Shown here: one piece after another, positions 38,494-51,900 of the stretch
Layout of the letters: each line of letters opens with the position of its first letter
Numbering within the stretch: position 1 is the stretch's first letter
Origin: Mobula hypostoma
Lineage: Eukaryota
Length of the DNA stretch: 60,000 nt
Reading direction: 5' to 3'
Assembly (NCBI RefSeq): GCF_963921235.1
Contig: NC_086097.1
Span: forward strand, 47,308,001-47,368,000
The notes under the pieces: generated by a model
Database searches by the model: none
Told to the model about the DNA's origin: nothing
Seen by the model: only the letters and a program-made list of their open reading frames with translations
Position numbers and translations under genes: made by a program

Positions 38494-38759
38494 TGTGGAG
38501 TATTTAATATTTCAGTGGAACTTGAATAATATTGTAAATGTATTGTTTGATTAAGCATTCTTTGTTAATTCTTTGCATAATTCAGTATAAGTTATATGCA
38601 AGAAGTACATGAATAGCATCCGTTATCACGCCACCATATCATACAAGAGCGCCTCATGAAAGAAAAAAAGAAAAAAAATTAAGTAGGCAAGTATCCCAGC
38701 TCCTGTGTTTTTCTTTGAATTAGTTTCTAGAGTTACAAAATATAACAGTGGTGACGAGG
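38494..38759 (+). mobile_element. Gypsy 5' LTR plus primer-binding site
   Basis: Homologous to the reverse complement of 23914-24126 (tatttaatatttcagt, gagcgcctca, atcccagctcc, ttagttt); ends ...ataaCA at 38747, followed by gTGGTGACGAGG. Confidence 0.8.
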
Positions 38760-38760
38760 G

Positions 38761-38904
38761 TGGGATGAAGGTAGAGAAGAAATTTTAAATAAAGGACAGT
38801 CTAAGAGTACTTGGGGTAAGCTATACAAGGTCATTGATTCATCGGATGTTATAATTCAAGTGTTGGATGCCATAGATCGAACGGGAATACATTCTGCCCA
38901 TATA
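38761..38904 (+). pseudogene. GNL2: decayed fragment of nucleolar GTP-binding protein 2 (GNL2/NOG2)
   Basis: Translates [48 protein letters not shown], matching recalled GNL2 [43 protein letters not shown]; conserved DARDP is mutated and no splice sites flank it. Confidence 0.85.
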
Positions 38905-39139
38905 CATGTCAATGTTTTTAGATGAAAGCCAGGATTTCATTTTTCACTTTATTACAAATTAGATGGTTTCACATTTTAAGAATAATAATGGAACAACACA
39001 TTATCTAAACAAACATTCAAAATGCTATCCTTAATAAATATACAAGTAGAAACCTAATTCAACAATTTTTAAAACATCTTACAAGCAATTCCAAACTCTA
39101 CTTGGCCTATCATAGGACACTACTATTGATAAATATGAA

Positions 39140-39745
39140 AGTTTTCTCCCTTCCTTTGTTTCAGCATTTCATTGAACTTCCATCTTATTTTTCTCACTTC
39201 TTGTCAGCCTTGCTCTTCCAAACTTTTGTTTGTGTCTCTCCTATGTCATTTTTGTCAAGATTTCCCTTCTGTCTCAATTCCTTTCCTTTCTCTTGATTCC
39301 CTTTTCTATAAGATTGCTTCTGAAGTTGTTTCATCTGATGAGTTTCTCTTTTGACTTTTTTCCTATTCTTAATGTTTCACTTTCTTCTTTCTTGCATGTG
39401 TTTTTCTTCTATCCCCATTCCTTTCTTCTTCTATTGTTTCCTCATTTATCTCTCACACTCTCTCTCTCCCCCTTTTTCTCTCTACATTCATGTCTACCAT
39501 GTCCATGCTCTCTCCTCCCTCCTCCTTCCTCCCCTTTTTTTACTCACCAACTCTTTCATTCCCATCTCCTTCTATTCTTTTCTTCCTACTGCTATTATCT
39601 CTTAATTTTCTCTTATTTTGCTGTCACCAGCTTTGTCCCTCTTTACTCTACGCCATTCCCACCACCAACTCTGTATATTCCATCCTCTGTTTTGGATCTC
39701 CCTTTTCTCCATTTTACTTGTACCTTTTTGCCTTCCTGCTCCTAA
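39140..39745. repeat. pyrimidine-rich low-complexity tract
   Basis: ~600 bp strongly C/T-biased on the + strand. Confidence 0.75.
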
Positions 39746-40489
39746 AATAGAAAAAAAAACATATTGGAACAGATGAACCAAAACTAACCCACTTTATTTG
39801 GACTGGGGCTCTGATTTAAGGTCTACATCAGAGATCCTGAAGTCCTTAATGAGAAGAACACTGTTAACTGAAGAGCCATGTAGCACGACTCCAAGAATTA
39901 TTCATCGTTAACCTCAATTTCAATGAAGTGCCAGTGAAAGCCAAGGGTAAAAATGGATGATGTCACTGTCATGCAAGGATGACGGACTATGTTTAAACAA
40001 ATTCAATGTTTGGAAAAATGAATCAGAATCACATTTATTATTACTGTCTTGCATGACATGAAATTTGTTGTTTTGCATTCTCATCCCTGAACTATAATGC
40101 CATCTTGTTGGTACGTTTGCAGATGTCAGTACAATTCAATGAAACCATGCAATAACATTGGAGGTGTTTGTTTTAAGATGAGCTTTGAAAGAAAGTTATA
40201 GATGAAGTCTAGCTGTTTCTTCCCAGTGAGGGCTTGCTGGCAGCTGACCCACCATGGATTGCTGTAGTATGCATCATTACACTGACTTACCCACTCAACA
40301 GTGGGATTAGTTAGGAACATTGCCTTCTCAATAATTTTTGGCAAGGATTAACATACAGCACAGGAGACTAAGGAGAGAAAGAAAACTTCTGAAATAAAAG
40401 CATATCTGTTTTGTTCTAATTAGCAACCCACCCACAAAATCATAACTTAAAAGCCAAATATTCTCTCAGTTATGCTGGTAGGACACTAA

Positions 40490-41220
40490 TTACGGGGTGC
40501 GATAAGATCACAGAGAGGCTTCAGGAGATAGGATAAGTGAGTGGGTGAAATATTGCACAAGGGAAATAATGTGGTTATCCACTTTGTTGGGAGCAACAGA
40601 AGAGCAGAATATGTTTCAAAGCCTGGGAGACTGGAGAATGTTAGTGTTCAGTGGGTCTTGGAGACCCTTATATGCAAATAGCTGAAAGCTAACATTTAAA
40701 AAACATAGAATTAGAGGTTTGCCTTCAAGAAAACTGGAGTTTAGTAGCTTACAATTCTTGCTATGGTCATATAGGGCTTAGAGGATGTTACATCTGAAGT
40801 CCTGCTTACTGAAGTAGGAATATAATGAAGAATTGGAATTCCTGCCTTTGTGGGAATTACTTAGAGCTGCTGGACCTGCTTTGTTAAAAGTTTGTAGGAA
40901 GGAGTGGAGATCTGTGCAATGCATAAACTCAAGGTTTGTGTGTCAGATGTTGGCAGCACCAGAACCAAGGGTCAAAGTTTAAGAAGCTGAGTTTGGCCAT
41001 GCTGGCAGATATGAGAAGTTGCTTTAAAATCTTTGTAAAATTGAATTCACTCGCCATGAGAATCATGAGTGTTCAGTCATTGATTATATTCAAAGCAAAG
41101 ATCAATAGTTTTTTAAGTACTAAGGGCATTCATAGATTTGACCAAAATACAGGAAAATGAAGTTGAAAATGATCATGTTGTTTTTGAATAGTACTGAAAG
41201 CTTGAAATGGTAAATCATCT
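40490..41220 (+). mobile_element. very old CR1 3' fragment
   Basis: gtggttatccactttg, cagtcattgattatattcaaagcaaagatcaatag..ttaagtactaagggcat. Confidence 0.55.
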
Positions 41221-44200
41221 GTTGTTGACTCTCTTTCCAAGGTTGCTAAACCTGGTACTGCTTTTCATCAAAATCTCTTTTTGTTGGAAATTTGCTTCCA
41301 TTTTAAGATCCTTATATTATGTGAGTAAATTTATTTCAAACAAGCTTTGAATACTTGGTAATGAAGTTTTTACTATTTTTTTCTGGAAGTACTTTGCACA
41401 TTTGAGGAAAATATGATTTTTACAAGGTATTCTCAATATAAATTTCAAGAAAAGATTAAATCTTAGTTTAGTAATGTCTTTTTATTTGGACCATAATTTG
41501 ACATATATATGTACAGTACATCAAACTAGTTTTTTTAACATTTTGGATTATATAGAAACTTAAGCATTTGTTCCGCTGACCTACTAAGAAAAAAAAGAAT
41601 TAAGTTTTTATGAGAGAACAGTACTTACCATAATATTTGTTCTAATCACTCACATTTTATGAAAATGTTGATTTAAATACACAGAAAGCAGCTGCTCTGC
41701 TCACTGACTTTGAGAATTTCCAGTATTAATACCTAGTGCTCATGTGGATTTTCTATTTAATCAGAGGACTATTTAACTTCCTTGTAGATGTGTTCATTTT
41801 ATACCAATAATTAATTTGCAGGGGATAATCTAAAAAAACCAATAATTCTCTGTATGAGTCTCACTGCCAATTGTAAGTTATTTGTCTTTGATGTGATGAT
41901 CACTTTTCTCACTCTTTAAAGACTGAATAATAATCAGCAAAAATGTATAAAAACAGTTTGGGGATCATGCCTAAGTACTAATGTTTTGTTGAAAGGGAAA
42001 GACAGCTTTGTCTGTGCTGTACTCAGTAATTCACCAAGGACCTTTCAACAACACTTCCTTCCCGTGGCCCCCACTTCTCAGGAGGACAAATGCAGTGTCA
42101 ATACAGGACCACCATTTTTTTTAAAGTTCCTATTACAAATTCTGCTACCTTTAAAATATGAACATGTATTATTGTTTCCTGATTGCTGAGTCAAAATTCT
42201 GAAATGTTCTACCTACCACCTTTGTAGGATTATTGACCTTGCAGGTATATGTTACCTGCACTTCAGCTAACTGAGGGCTTAGTTCCATGTTTCCTTTGAA
42301 CTCCATAGGACTCCAGTTCTTAAGTTCCCTTTGCACTTACTTGCAATTATAGTTGGAAATGTGATTGCAAATCTAAAAACATCGAAAATAGGAGGGTACA
42401 ATGAAGACAATATGGTAAAAATCCTACTCGAGGACAGTGCATTCAGTATGTTAAGCACATTTATTTAAGATGTGTAGAAAAACAAATACAAGTAATATTC
42501 TTATCCCATTTTATTTACTGAATTCTAGCACAAATTAAACAAATATAGCATACTTTGATAAGGGAGCAACATCTGTTACTGAATTTTATGCCGTGTCTCA
42601 AATAATTGGGGAAAATAAAGATTATTGCAAGTAAAAAAGAAAATGCTGTACAATACTCAGCAGTTGAGGCAATATTTTTGGAGATGAGAGAATTAACATT
42701 TCAGTGTGAAGTCCTTGCATCTGCATATGGAGTATTACAAACAAACTTCTACAATATGTTCACTTCTGAGAAATTCACTCTACTGCTTAATTATTTTTTT
42801 ATTTTTCCTTTGATAGTTTCCCTTTTATTTGAATGAAATGTTCCTCATGAGAAAAGTAGCAAAGAACAGAAATCAAACCAAATCAAGTGAAGGGCACGAA
42901 GAGATATGGGGAGAAGACAGGAGATTGGGGCTGAGAAGCAAATGGATGAGCCAGGATGAAATGGCAGAGCAGACTCAATGGGCCAAATGGCCTCATTCTG
43001 CTCCTACATCTTATGAGTTTTGGATTTTGCATGGTTGATTAAGCAATAATGTTTAATAAACATACCTCTGCAAGCCTACATAATGTGAAACTTCTGTTTA
43101 ATGAAACCAAAAAAGACTGACTATGAGAGTTTAAAACTTTTATTTTCAAGATTATTTCTGTTGCTTGGTTTGTAAGATAATTCACAAAAGTAAAAGTCAT
43201 TTCTAAGTTCTGTTCAAATAACTTAAATCCAATAATCCTGGAATAATCATTATCTCTAATAAAAAAGAATAAAGTATTGGTTTCACTCTATCAAAATAAA
43301 TTTCCTTTCTTCCACCCATTATCCTCTCCCTCATTCTACATGCCTGAACACATCTCTCTCTTTTTTAAGTCTGCAGGTGTGTCCCAGGCTGGGAACATTA
43401 ATTGTTCCTCTTTTCACAGATGCTGTGTGACTTCTGAGTTCTTCAAAACTTCTTATTTCTATTTCAGATTTTCAGCATATGCTGTTTACATGATCATCAA
43501 AGTATTTACTTCCTTGCATCCATGTAAGTAGTTAATCAAAGGGCAATTGAACTGAACCTCTTAAAGTAATCTCCTAATACATTGATAAAATATTCACCAG
43601 ATAATCATGAAGGGTGAATGCTGAAAAGATGCTGAATTATTAATTCATTTGACATTGTTTTCATGATGGAATTTGATCTCATATCTTTGGAATTGGATCT
43701 TGTATCTCTGGGCCGTTTGTCCTGAACTCTGTATTCTAGGCCTGTAATTTAAGCAGTCCTGGCACATTACAATACACACACAGGCTATTAGACTTGACGG
43801 GTCTCTGCCAGACTCCTCCCACACCAGCAGAACTTTCCATTCCTTTCTCCCTCATGCGGTTAACCATTTTCCGTGCTAACATATGGTTCATAAGATGGCA
43901 CTCAGATTTGTACCCATAGTAATTGCCCATTGCCTCACAGTCTTCCTGGCTCGCACTTTGAGGAAGACATAATTTCAGTGATAAAAATATCACTGTATCA
44001 CATATTGTTAAAATAAGACAATATTTTGATAAAATACCCTTTCACCTACAATGTATACAAGTCCTAAAATGGATAACATGAATTGTAATTATATAATTTA
44101 TAAATATTTGGAAAATAATTCTTTATTTAAATATCTTCTAGCTCAAAAGTTAAAAAAAAACCTTTAAAATTTTACTGTATTAAACGTCTAAAGTCATTTG

Positions 44201-44464
44201 ATAATTCATTTTGTATTGTTTTGTGCAAAACAAACTTTGATTATGCTTAAACAAAAATCAAATTACTCAACTTGAATTGTCATTCTTCATGCTTTGCTTG
44301 CACCCATCAAGGACTGCAGCAGTTCGAGAATGGTTTGCTTTTACTGCTGTGACCTTGTCAACATTTTCCACGTTCTCTGCACTCACAGAGTAAGATGTAT
44401 TTTCAAGTGGTTAAAATGCAGAGAATGCCTATCTATTGAAGATTCAGACTGTGCCCTGTACAAT

Positions 44465-44483
44465 GAGTGCCCTCTAGTGGCTA
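44465..44483 (-). promoter_or_regulatory. CTCF core motif
   Basis: Minus strand TAGCCACTAGAGGGCACTC closely matches the CTCF consensus. Confidence 0.5.
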
Positions 44484-44524
44484 TTGTGAACATTGTACAT
44501 TCAGAGTCAAAGTTGTACAGTCAG

Positions 44525-45200
44525 AAATTCAAAGTACATACATATCACCATATACAACCCTGAGATTTATTTTCTTGCAGGCATACTCAATAAATCCAAT
44601 AGCCATAATAGTATCAATGAAATACTGCAGCAACTGGGCTTTCAACCAGAATGCAAAAGACAATAAACTGTGTAAAAACAGAAAGAAAGAAATAATAATA
44701 ATAAATCAACAATAAATATTGAGATCATGAAATAAAGAGTTCTTAAAGGTGAGTCCATAGTGTGTGGGAACAGTTCAGTGACTGGGCAAGTGAAGTTTTC
44801 CCCTCTGGTTGTTGAGGGATAATAACTGTTCCTGAACCTGGTGGTGGGAGTCCTGAGTCTCCTGTACTTTCTTCCTGATGGTAGCAGCAAGAAGAGAACA
44901 TGACTCAGGTGGTGGAGGTCGCTGATGATGGATGCTGCTTTCCTGTGACAGCACTCTGTGTAGATGTGTTCACTGGTGGGGAGGGATTTCCCCATGATGG
45001 ACTGGGCCAGATCCACTACATTTTGTAGGATTTTCCATTCAAGGGCATTGGTGTTTCCATACCAGCTGGTGATCCCAGTCAATACATCCTCCACCACACA
45101 TCTATAGAAGTTTGTCAAAGTTTTAGATGTCATGCTGGATCTTCGCGAAGTCCTAAGGAAGTAAAGGTGCTATTGGGGCTTCCTTTGTAATTGCACCTAC
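44525..45200 (-). mobile_element. Rex1-type LINE 3' end
   Basis: ORF 44642..45133 TLTNFYRCVVE.VLTG.ITSWYGN...LLPSGRKYR....TTRFRNSYYP. Confidence 0.88.
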
Positions 45201-45377
45201 GATTTGATTCCTTTCACTCATCTGAAAGCATGTTCCAGGTATCAACCGCACTCCCGTATATATTTTTTTAAAACTTGCACCTCAGAACCCCTTTAAAACT
45301 TCTTCATTTCATCCAAAGCCTAAACCCTCTTGTTTTTGATGTCCCTACCATGGGAAAATTATTTTAACTATTAACCC

Positions 45378-45401
45378 TATATATATATATATATATATAT
45401 A
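45378..45401. repeat. (TA)12 microsatellite
   Basis: Direct observation. Confidence 0.95.
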
Positions 45402-45679
45402 CAGGATCTCTGGGGTAAAAAAGACCTGAATTGCAGAAATTCAACTTTATACGTGTTCTCCCATTTTTAAAGCATTTCTTCAAGCTAGTAAAAAATAATA
45501 AAATGTTTCATGGCATTCACTAATTACTTGTTACAGTATATATTCCATTAGTTTGATTATGGCTGGTGTTGGGTGATTATTAATTGAAATTAAAGAATTA
45601 TGATAAGTATACATAGACATAGAGTAATATGATATGGGAAACTTTTGAAAATGGTCATTTTCATCTGAGGGAGAAACTG

Positions 45680-45945
45680 GCTTATGGACAGAACCCTTAG
45701 TGCAGGGACCACCTGTACTAGTACTGGCCTGATACAGTATGTAGGCTGATGCCGAAGGTGCTTTGGGCAGTTTTACAGCCTGTCTGTACACTGCAGTGCA
45801 GTTTCCGTACCATGCAGCGATGCAGCGTGTTAGGATGTTTTCAACTGCATGTCTGTAGAAGGCCGTAATTATTCATGTATATAGCCCAGTTCTTTTCAGC
45901 TTCCTCAGAAGGCAGAGGCATTGGTGAGCTTTCTTGTCCTGAGGG
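45680..45945 (-). mobile_element. Rex1-type fragment
   Basis: ttttcagcttcctcagaaggcagaggcattggtgagctttctt is antisense KKAHQCLCLLRKLK. Confidence 0.6.
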
Positions 45946-45949
45946 GAAT

Positions 45950-46470
45950 GTCATAGCACAGGACAGGCCATTCGGCCCACAATGTTGTGCTGAAACAGCT
46001 AAAAAGCAAATCAAAAACACCCAAACATTAATCCCTCCGATGTAGACAATGTCCATATCTCTCCATCTTCCTTACATCCATGTGCCTATCCAAACACCTC
46101 TTAAAAGCCTTTAATGTATTTGCTTCTACCACCATACCAGGCAGCACATTCCAGGCACCCACCACTCTCCGAGTAAAAAAACTTACCCCTCACATCTCCC
46201 TTGAACCTACCAACCCTTCACCTTCAATGCATGTCCTCTGGTATTGGAATTTTCAAACCTGGGAAACACATATTCCCTGGTTATTCTAGGTATGCCTCCG
46301 TTAATCTTATAAATCTCTATCAGATCTTCCCTCAGTCATTCCAGAGAAAACAATCCAAGTTTATCCAGCCTCTCATGATCGCATAACCAGGCAGCATCCT
46401 GGTAAACCTCTTCTGTGCACTCTCCGAGGCCTCAACATCATTTCTGTAGTGGGACAACTTGACTATATGC
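45950..46470 (-). mobile_element. CR1 3' fragment
   Basis: Parallels 16040-16500. Confidence 0.85.
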
Positions 46471-48995
46471 AATAGAAACATAGAAACATAGAAAACTTAG
46501 AGCACAATACAGGCCCTTCAGCCCACAAAGCTGTGTCAAACATGTCCTTACCTTAGAAATTACCTAGGGTTACCCATAGCCCTCTATTTTTCTAAGCTCC
46601 ATGTACCTATCCAGGAGTCTCTTAAAAGACCCTATCGTATCTGCCTCCACCGCCATTGCCGGCAGCCCATTCCACTCACTCACCACTCTCTGCGTAAAAA
46701 ACTTACCCCTGACATCTCCTCTGTACCTACTTCCAAGCACCTTAACACCGTCCCTCTCGAGTTAGCCATTCCATCCCTGGGAAAAAGCCTCCGACTATCC
46801 ACACAATCAATGCTTCTCATCATCTTATACACCTCTATCAGGTCACCTCTCATCCTCCGTCGCTCCAAGGAAAAAAGGCCGAGTTCACTCAACCTCTTCT
46901 CATAAAGCATGCTCCCCAATCCAGGCAACATCCTTGTAAATCTCCTCTGCATACTTTCTATGGCTTTCACATCCTTGCTGTAGTGAGGCAACCAGAACTG
47001 AGCACAGTACTCCAAGTGGGGTCTGGCCAGGGTCCTATATAGCTGCAACATTACCTTTCGACTCCTAAACTCAATCCCACGGTTGATGAAGGTCAATGCA
47101 CCGTATGCTTTCTTAACCACAGAGTCAACCTGCGCAGCAGCTTTGAGTGTCCTATGGATTCAGACCCCAAGATCCCTCTGATCCTCCACACTGCCGAGAG
47201 TCTTACCATTAATACTATATTCTGCCATCATATTTGACCTACTAAAATGAACCACCAAATGTACTGCCCTACCTTCATCAATGTGTTTAGTCACATCCTC
47301 AATAAATTCAATCAGGTTCGTAAGGCATGATCTGCCTTTCACAAAGCCATGCTGACTATTCCTAATCATATTATGCCTCTCCAAATGTTCACAAATCCTG
47401 CCTCTCAGGATCTTCCCCATCAACTTACCAACCACTGAAGTAAAACTCACTGGTCTATAATATCCAGGTCTATAATATCTAGTCCCTTTCTTGAATGAGG
47501 GAACAACATCCGCAACCCTCCAAACCTCTGGAATCTCTCCTGTCCCCAGTCATGATGCAAAGATCATTACCAGAGGCTCAGCAATCTCCTCTCTCACCTC
47601 CCACAGTAGTGTGGGGTACATCTTGTCCGGTCCTGGTGACTTATCCAACTTGATGCTTTCCAAAAGCTCCAGCACGTCCTCTTTCTTAATATCTGCATGC
47701 TCAAGCTTTTCAGTCCACTGTAAGTCATCCCTACAATCGCCAAGATCCCTTTCCGTAGTGAATACTGAATCAAAATACTCATTAAGAACCTCTGCTATCT
47801 CCTTCGGTTCCATACACTTTTCCACTGTCACTGTTGATTGATCCTATTCTCTCACATCTTATCCTCTTGCGCTTCACATACTTGTAGAATACCTTGGGGT
47901 TTTCTTTAATCCGGTCTGCCAAGGCCTTCTCATGGCCCCTTCTGGCTCTCCTAATTTCTTTCTTAAGTTCCTTCCTGCTAGCCTTATATTCTTCTAGATC
48001 TCTATCATTACCTAGGGTACACCACGGTTCCTGTACCCTACCATCCGTTCCCTGTCTCATTCGAGCATATCTATGCAGAACTCCACGCAAATAGCCCCTG
48101 AACATCTGCCACATTTCTTCTGTACATTTCCCTGAGAACATCTGTTCCCAATTTATGCTTCGAAGTTCCTGCCTGATAACCTCATATTTTCCCTTACTCC
48201 AATTAAACACTTTCCTAACTTGTCTGTTCCTATCCCTCTCCAATGCTATGGTAAAGGAGATAGAATTATGATCACTATCTCTGAAATGCTCTCCCACTGA
48301 GAGATCTGACACCTGACCAATTTTATTTCCCAATACCAGGTCAAGTACAGCCTCTCCTCTTGTAGGCCTATCTACATATTGTGTCAAGAAACATTCTTGA
48401 ACACACCTAACAAACTCCACCCCATCTAAACCCCTCACTCTGGGGACATGCCAATCGATATTTGGGAAATTAAAATCTCCCACCACGACAACCCTGTTAT
48501 TATTACACCTTTCCAGAATATGTCTCCCTATCTGCTCCTCTGTGTTCCTGTTTCTATTGGGTGGTCTGTAAAAAACACCCAGTAGAGTTATTGACCCCTT
48601 CCTGTTCCTAACTTCCATCTACAGAGACTCCGTAGACAGTCCCTGCATGTCTTCCTCCTTTTCTGCAGCCGTGACACTATCTCTGATCAACAGTGCCACG
48701 CCCCCACCTCTTTTACCTCCCTCCCTGTCCTTTCTGAAACACCTAAAGCCTGGCTCTCGAAGTAACCATTTCTGCCCCTGAGCCATCCAAGTCTGTGTAA
48801 TGGCCACAACATCATAGCTCCAAGTACTGATTCACACTCTAAGCTCATCCGCTTTGTTCATAACACTCCTTGCAATAAAATAGACACATCTTAAACCATT
48901 GGTCTGAGTGCATCCCTTCTCTATCACCTGCCTATCCTCCCTCTCACACTGTCTCCAAGCTTTCTCTATTTGGGAGCCAACCGCCTCTTTCTCCA
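46471..48995 (-). mobile_element. CR1 ORF2 with internal deletions; continues at ~52070-52325
   Basis: AITQTWM, YRPPN, GDFNFP, KSPGPD, SQHGFVKGRSCLTNL, RPHLEYCAQFW motifs; tail atagaaacatagaaacatagaa at ~46472-46494. Confidence 0.93.
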
Positions 48996-51900
48996 GGTTT
49001 AAACTAATTTGGCAGGGGGATGGGAACTGGAATGATAGAGCAGAGGAAGGGGAAAACAGAAATAAATCTAAGATAGTGAGCAGTAAAGATGTCAGGAAAG
49101 ACAGGCAGGTGATGGGGCAAGTTTGTAGCCATTGGGATGAGTTGCAGTGAAATCAAAGCAAAAAGTATCAAATACTGGCCTTAAGGTGTTGTACTTAAAT
49201 GCACGCAGCATAAGGAATAAGGTGGATGATCTTGTTGTACAGCTACAGATTGGCAGGTACGATATTGTGGCCATCACTGAGACCTGGCTAAAGGATGCAT
49301 GTCTCTGGGAGCTGAACATCCAAGGATACACGGTGTATCGGAAGGATAGGAAGGTAGGCAGAGGGGGAGGCGTGGCTTTATTGGTAAGAAATGATATTAA
49401 ATCATTAGAAAGAGGTGATATAGGATCGGAAGGTGCAGAATCTTTATGGGTTGAGCTAAGAAATAGAAGGGGTAAAAGGACCCTGTTGGCAGTTATTTAT
49501 AGGCCTCCAAACAGCTGCAGGGATGTGGACTACAAATTACAACTGGAAATAGAAAAGGCTTGTCAGAAGGGCGGTGTTATAATAATTGTGGGGGATTTTA
49601 ACATGCGAGTAGATTGGGAAAATCAGGTCAGCACTGGATCTTAAGAGAGAGAATTTGTAGAATGTCTGCGAGATGGCTTTTTAGAACAGCTTGTTGTTGA
49701 GCCTACTAGGGGATCAGCTGTACTGGATTGGGTATTGTGTAATGAACCGGAGGTGATTGGAGAGATTGAGGTGAAGGAACCCTTAGGAGGCAGTGATCAT
49801 AACATGATTGAGTTCACTGTGAAATTAGAAAAAGAGAAGCCGAAATTTGATGTGTCGGTATTTCAGTGGAGTAAAGGAAATTACAGTGGCATGAGAGAGG
49901 AACTAGCCAAAGTTGACTGGAAAGAGACACTGGTGGGAAAGACAGCAGAGCAGCAGTGGCTGGAGTTTATGCGAGAAATGAGGAATGTGCAAGGCAGGTA
50001 TATTCCAAAAAAGAAGAAATTTTCGAGTGGAAAAAGGATGCAACAGTGGTTGACAAGAGAAGTCAAAGCCAAAGTTAAAGCAAAAGAGAGGGCATACAAG
50101 GAAGCAAAAATTAGTGGGAAGAGAGAGGATTGGGAAGTTTTTAAAACCTTACAAAAGGAAACCAAGAAAGTCATTAAGAGACAAAAGATTAACTATGAAA
50201 AGAAACTAGCAAATAATATCGAAGAGGATACTAAAAGCTTTTTCAAGTATATAAAGAGTAAAAGACAGGTGAGAGTAGATATGGGACCGATAGAAAATGA
50301 TGCTGGAGAAATTGTAATGGGAGATGAGGAGATGGCAGAGGAACTGAACAAGTATTTTGCATCAGTCTTCACTGAGGAAGACAGCAGTATACCGGACACT
50401 CAAGGGTGGCAGGGAAGAGAAGTGTGCGCAGTCACAATTACGACAGAGAAAGTACTCAGGAAGCTGAATAGGCTAAAGGTAGATGAATCTTCTGGACCAG
50501 ATGGAATGCACCCACGTGTTCTGAAGGAAGTAGCTGTGGAGATTGCGGAGGCATTAGTGATGATCTTTCAAAAGTCGATAGATTCTGGCATGGTTCCGGA
50601 AGACTGGAAGATTGCAAATGTCACTCCGCTATTTAAGAAGGGGGCAAGGAAGCAAAAAGGAAATTATAGACCTGTAGCTTGACATCCGTGGTTGGGAAGT
50701 TGTTGGAGTCGATTGTCAAGGATGAGGTTACAGAGTACCTGGAGGCATATGACAAGATAGGCAGGACTCAGCATGGATTCCTTAAAGGAAAATCCTGCCT
50801 GATAAACCTATTACAATTTTTCGAGGAAATTACCAGTAGGCTAGACAAGGGAGATGCAGTGGATGTTGTATATTTGGATTTTCAGAAGGCCTTTGACAAG
50901 GTGCCACACATGAGGCTACTTAACAAGATAAGAGCCCATGGAATTACGGGAAAGTTACATACGTGGATAGAGCGTTGGCTGATTGGCAGGAAACAGAGAG
51001 TGAGAATAAAGGGATCCTATTCTGGTTGGCTGCCGGTTACCAGTGGTGTTCCGCAGGGATCAGTGTTGGGGCCGCTTCTTTTTACATTGTACATCAACGA
51101 TTTAGATTATGGAATAGATGGCTTTGTGGCTAAGTTTGCTGATGATACAAAGATAGGTGGAGGGGCCGGTAGTGCTGAGGAAACAGAGAGTCTGCAGAGA
51201 GACTTGGATAGATTAGAAGAATGGGCAGAGAAGTGGCAAATGAAGTACAATGTTGGAAAGTGTATGGTTATGCACTTCGGCAGAAAAAATAAACAGGCAG
51301 ACTATTATTTAAATAGGGAAAGAATTCAAAGTTCTGAGATGCAATGGGACTTGGGAGTCCTCATACAGGATACCCTTAAAGTTAACCTCCAGGTTGAGTC
51401 AGTAGTGAAGAAGGCGAATGCAATGTTTGCATTCATTTCTAGAGGAAAAGAGTATAGGAGCAGGGATGTGATGTTGAGGCTCTATAAGGCGCTGGTGAGA
51501 CCTCGCTTGGAGTACTGTGGGCAGTTTTGGTCTCCTTATTTAAGAAAGGATGTGCTGACATTGGAGAGGGTACAGAGAAGATTCACTAGAATGATTCCGG
51601 GAATGAGAGGGTTAATATATGAGGAACGTTTGTCCGCTCTTGGACTGTATTCCTTGGAGTTTAGAAGAATGAGGGGAGACCTCATAGAAACATTTCGAAT
51701 GTTAAAAGGCATGGACAGAGTGGATGTGGCAAAGTTGTTTCCCATGATGGGGGAGTCTAGTTCGAGAGGGCATGACTTAAGGATTGAAGGGCGCCCTTTC
51801 AGAACAGAAATGCGAAGAAATTTTTTTAGTCAGAGGGTGGTGAATCTATGGAATTTGTTGCCACGGGCAGCAGTGGAGGCCAAGTCATTTGGTGTATTTA

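Noticed and set aside
38761..38904. Functional GNL2 exon
   Set aside because: Conserved DARDP and RIWGE residues are altered, there are no splice sites, it abuts an LTR, and no other GNL2 exons were seen.
39230..39750. Leu/Phe/Ser-rich membrane-protein-like ORFs
   Set aside because: Artefact of pyrimidine-rich low-complexity sequence that lacks stop codons.
43736..43993. 85-aa minus-strand ORF in unique sequence
   Set aside because: No recognisable homology or convincing exon structure; cannot be supported without a database search.
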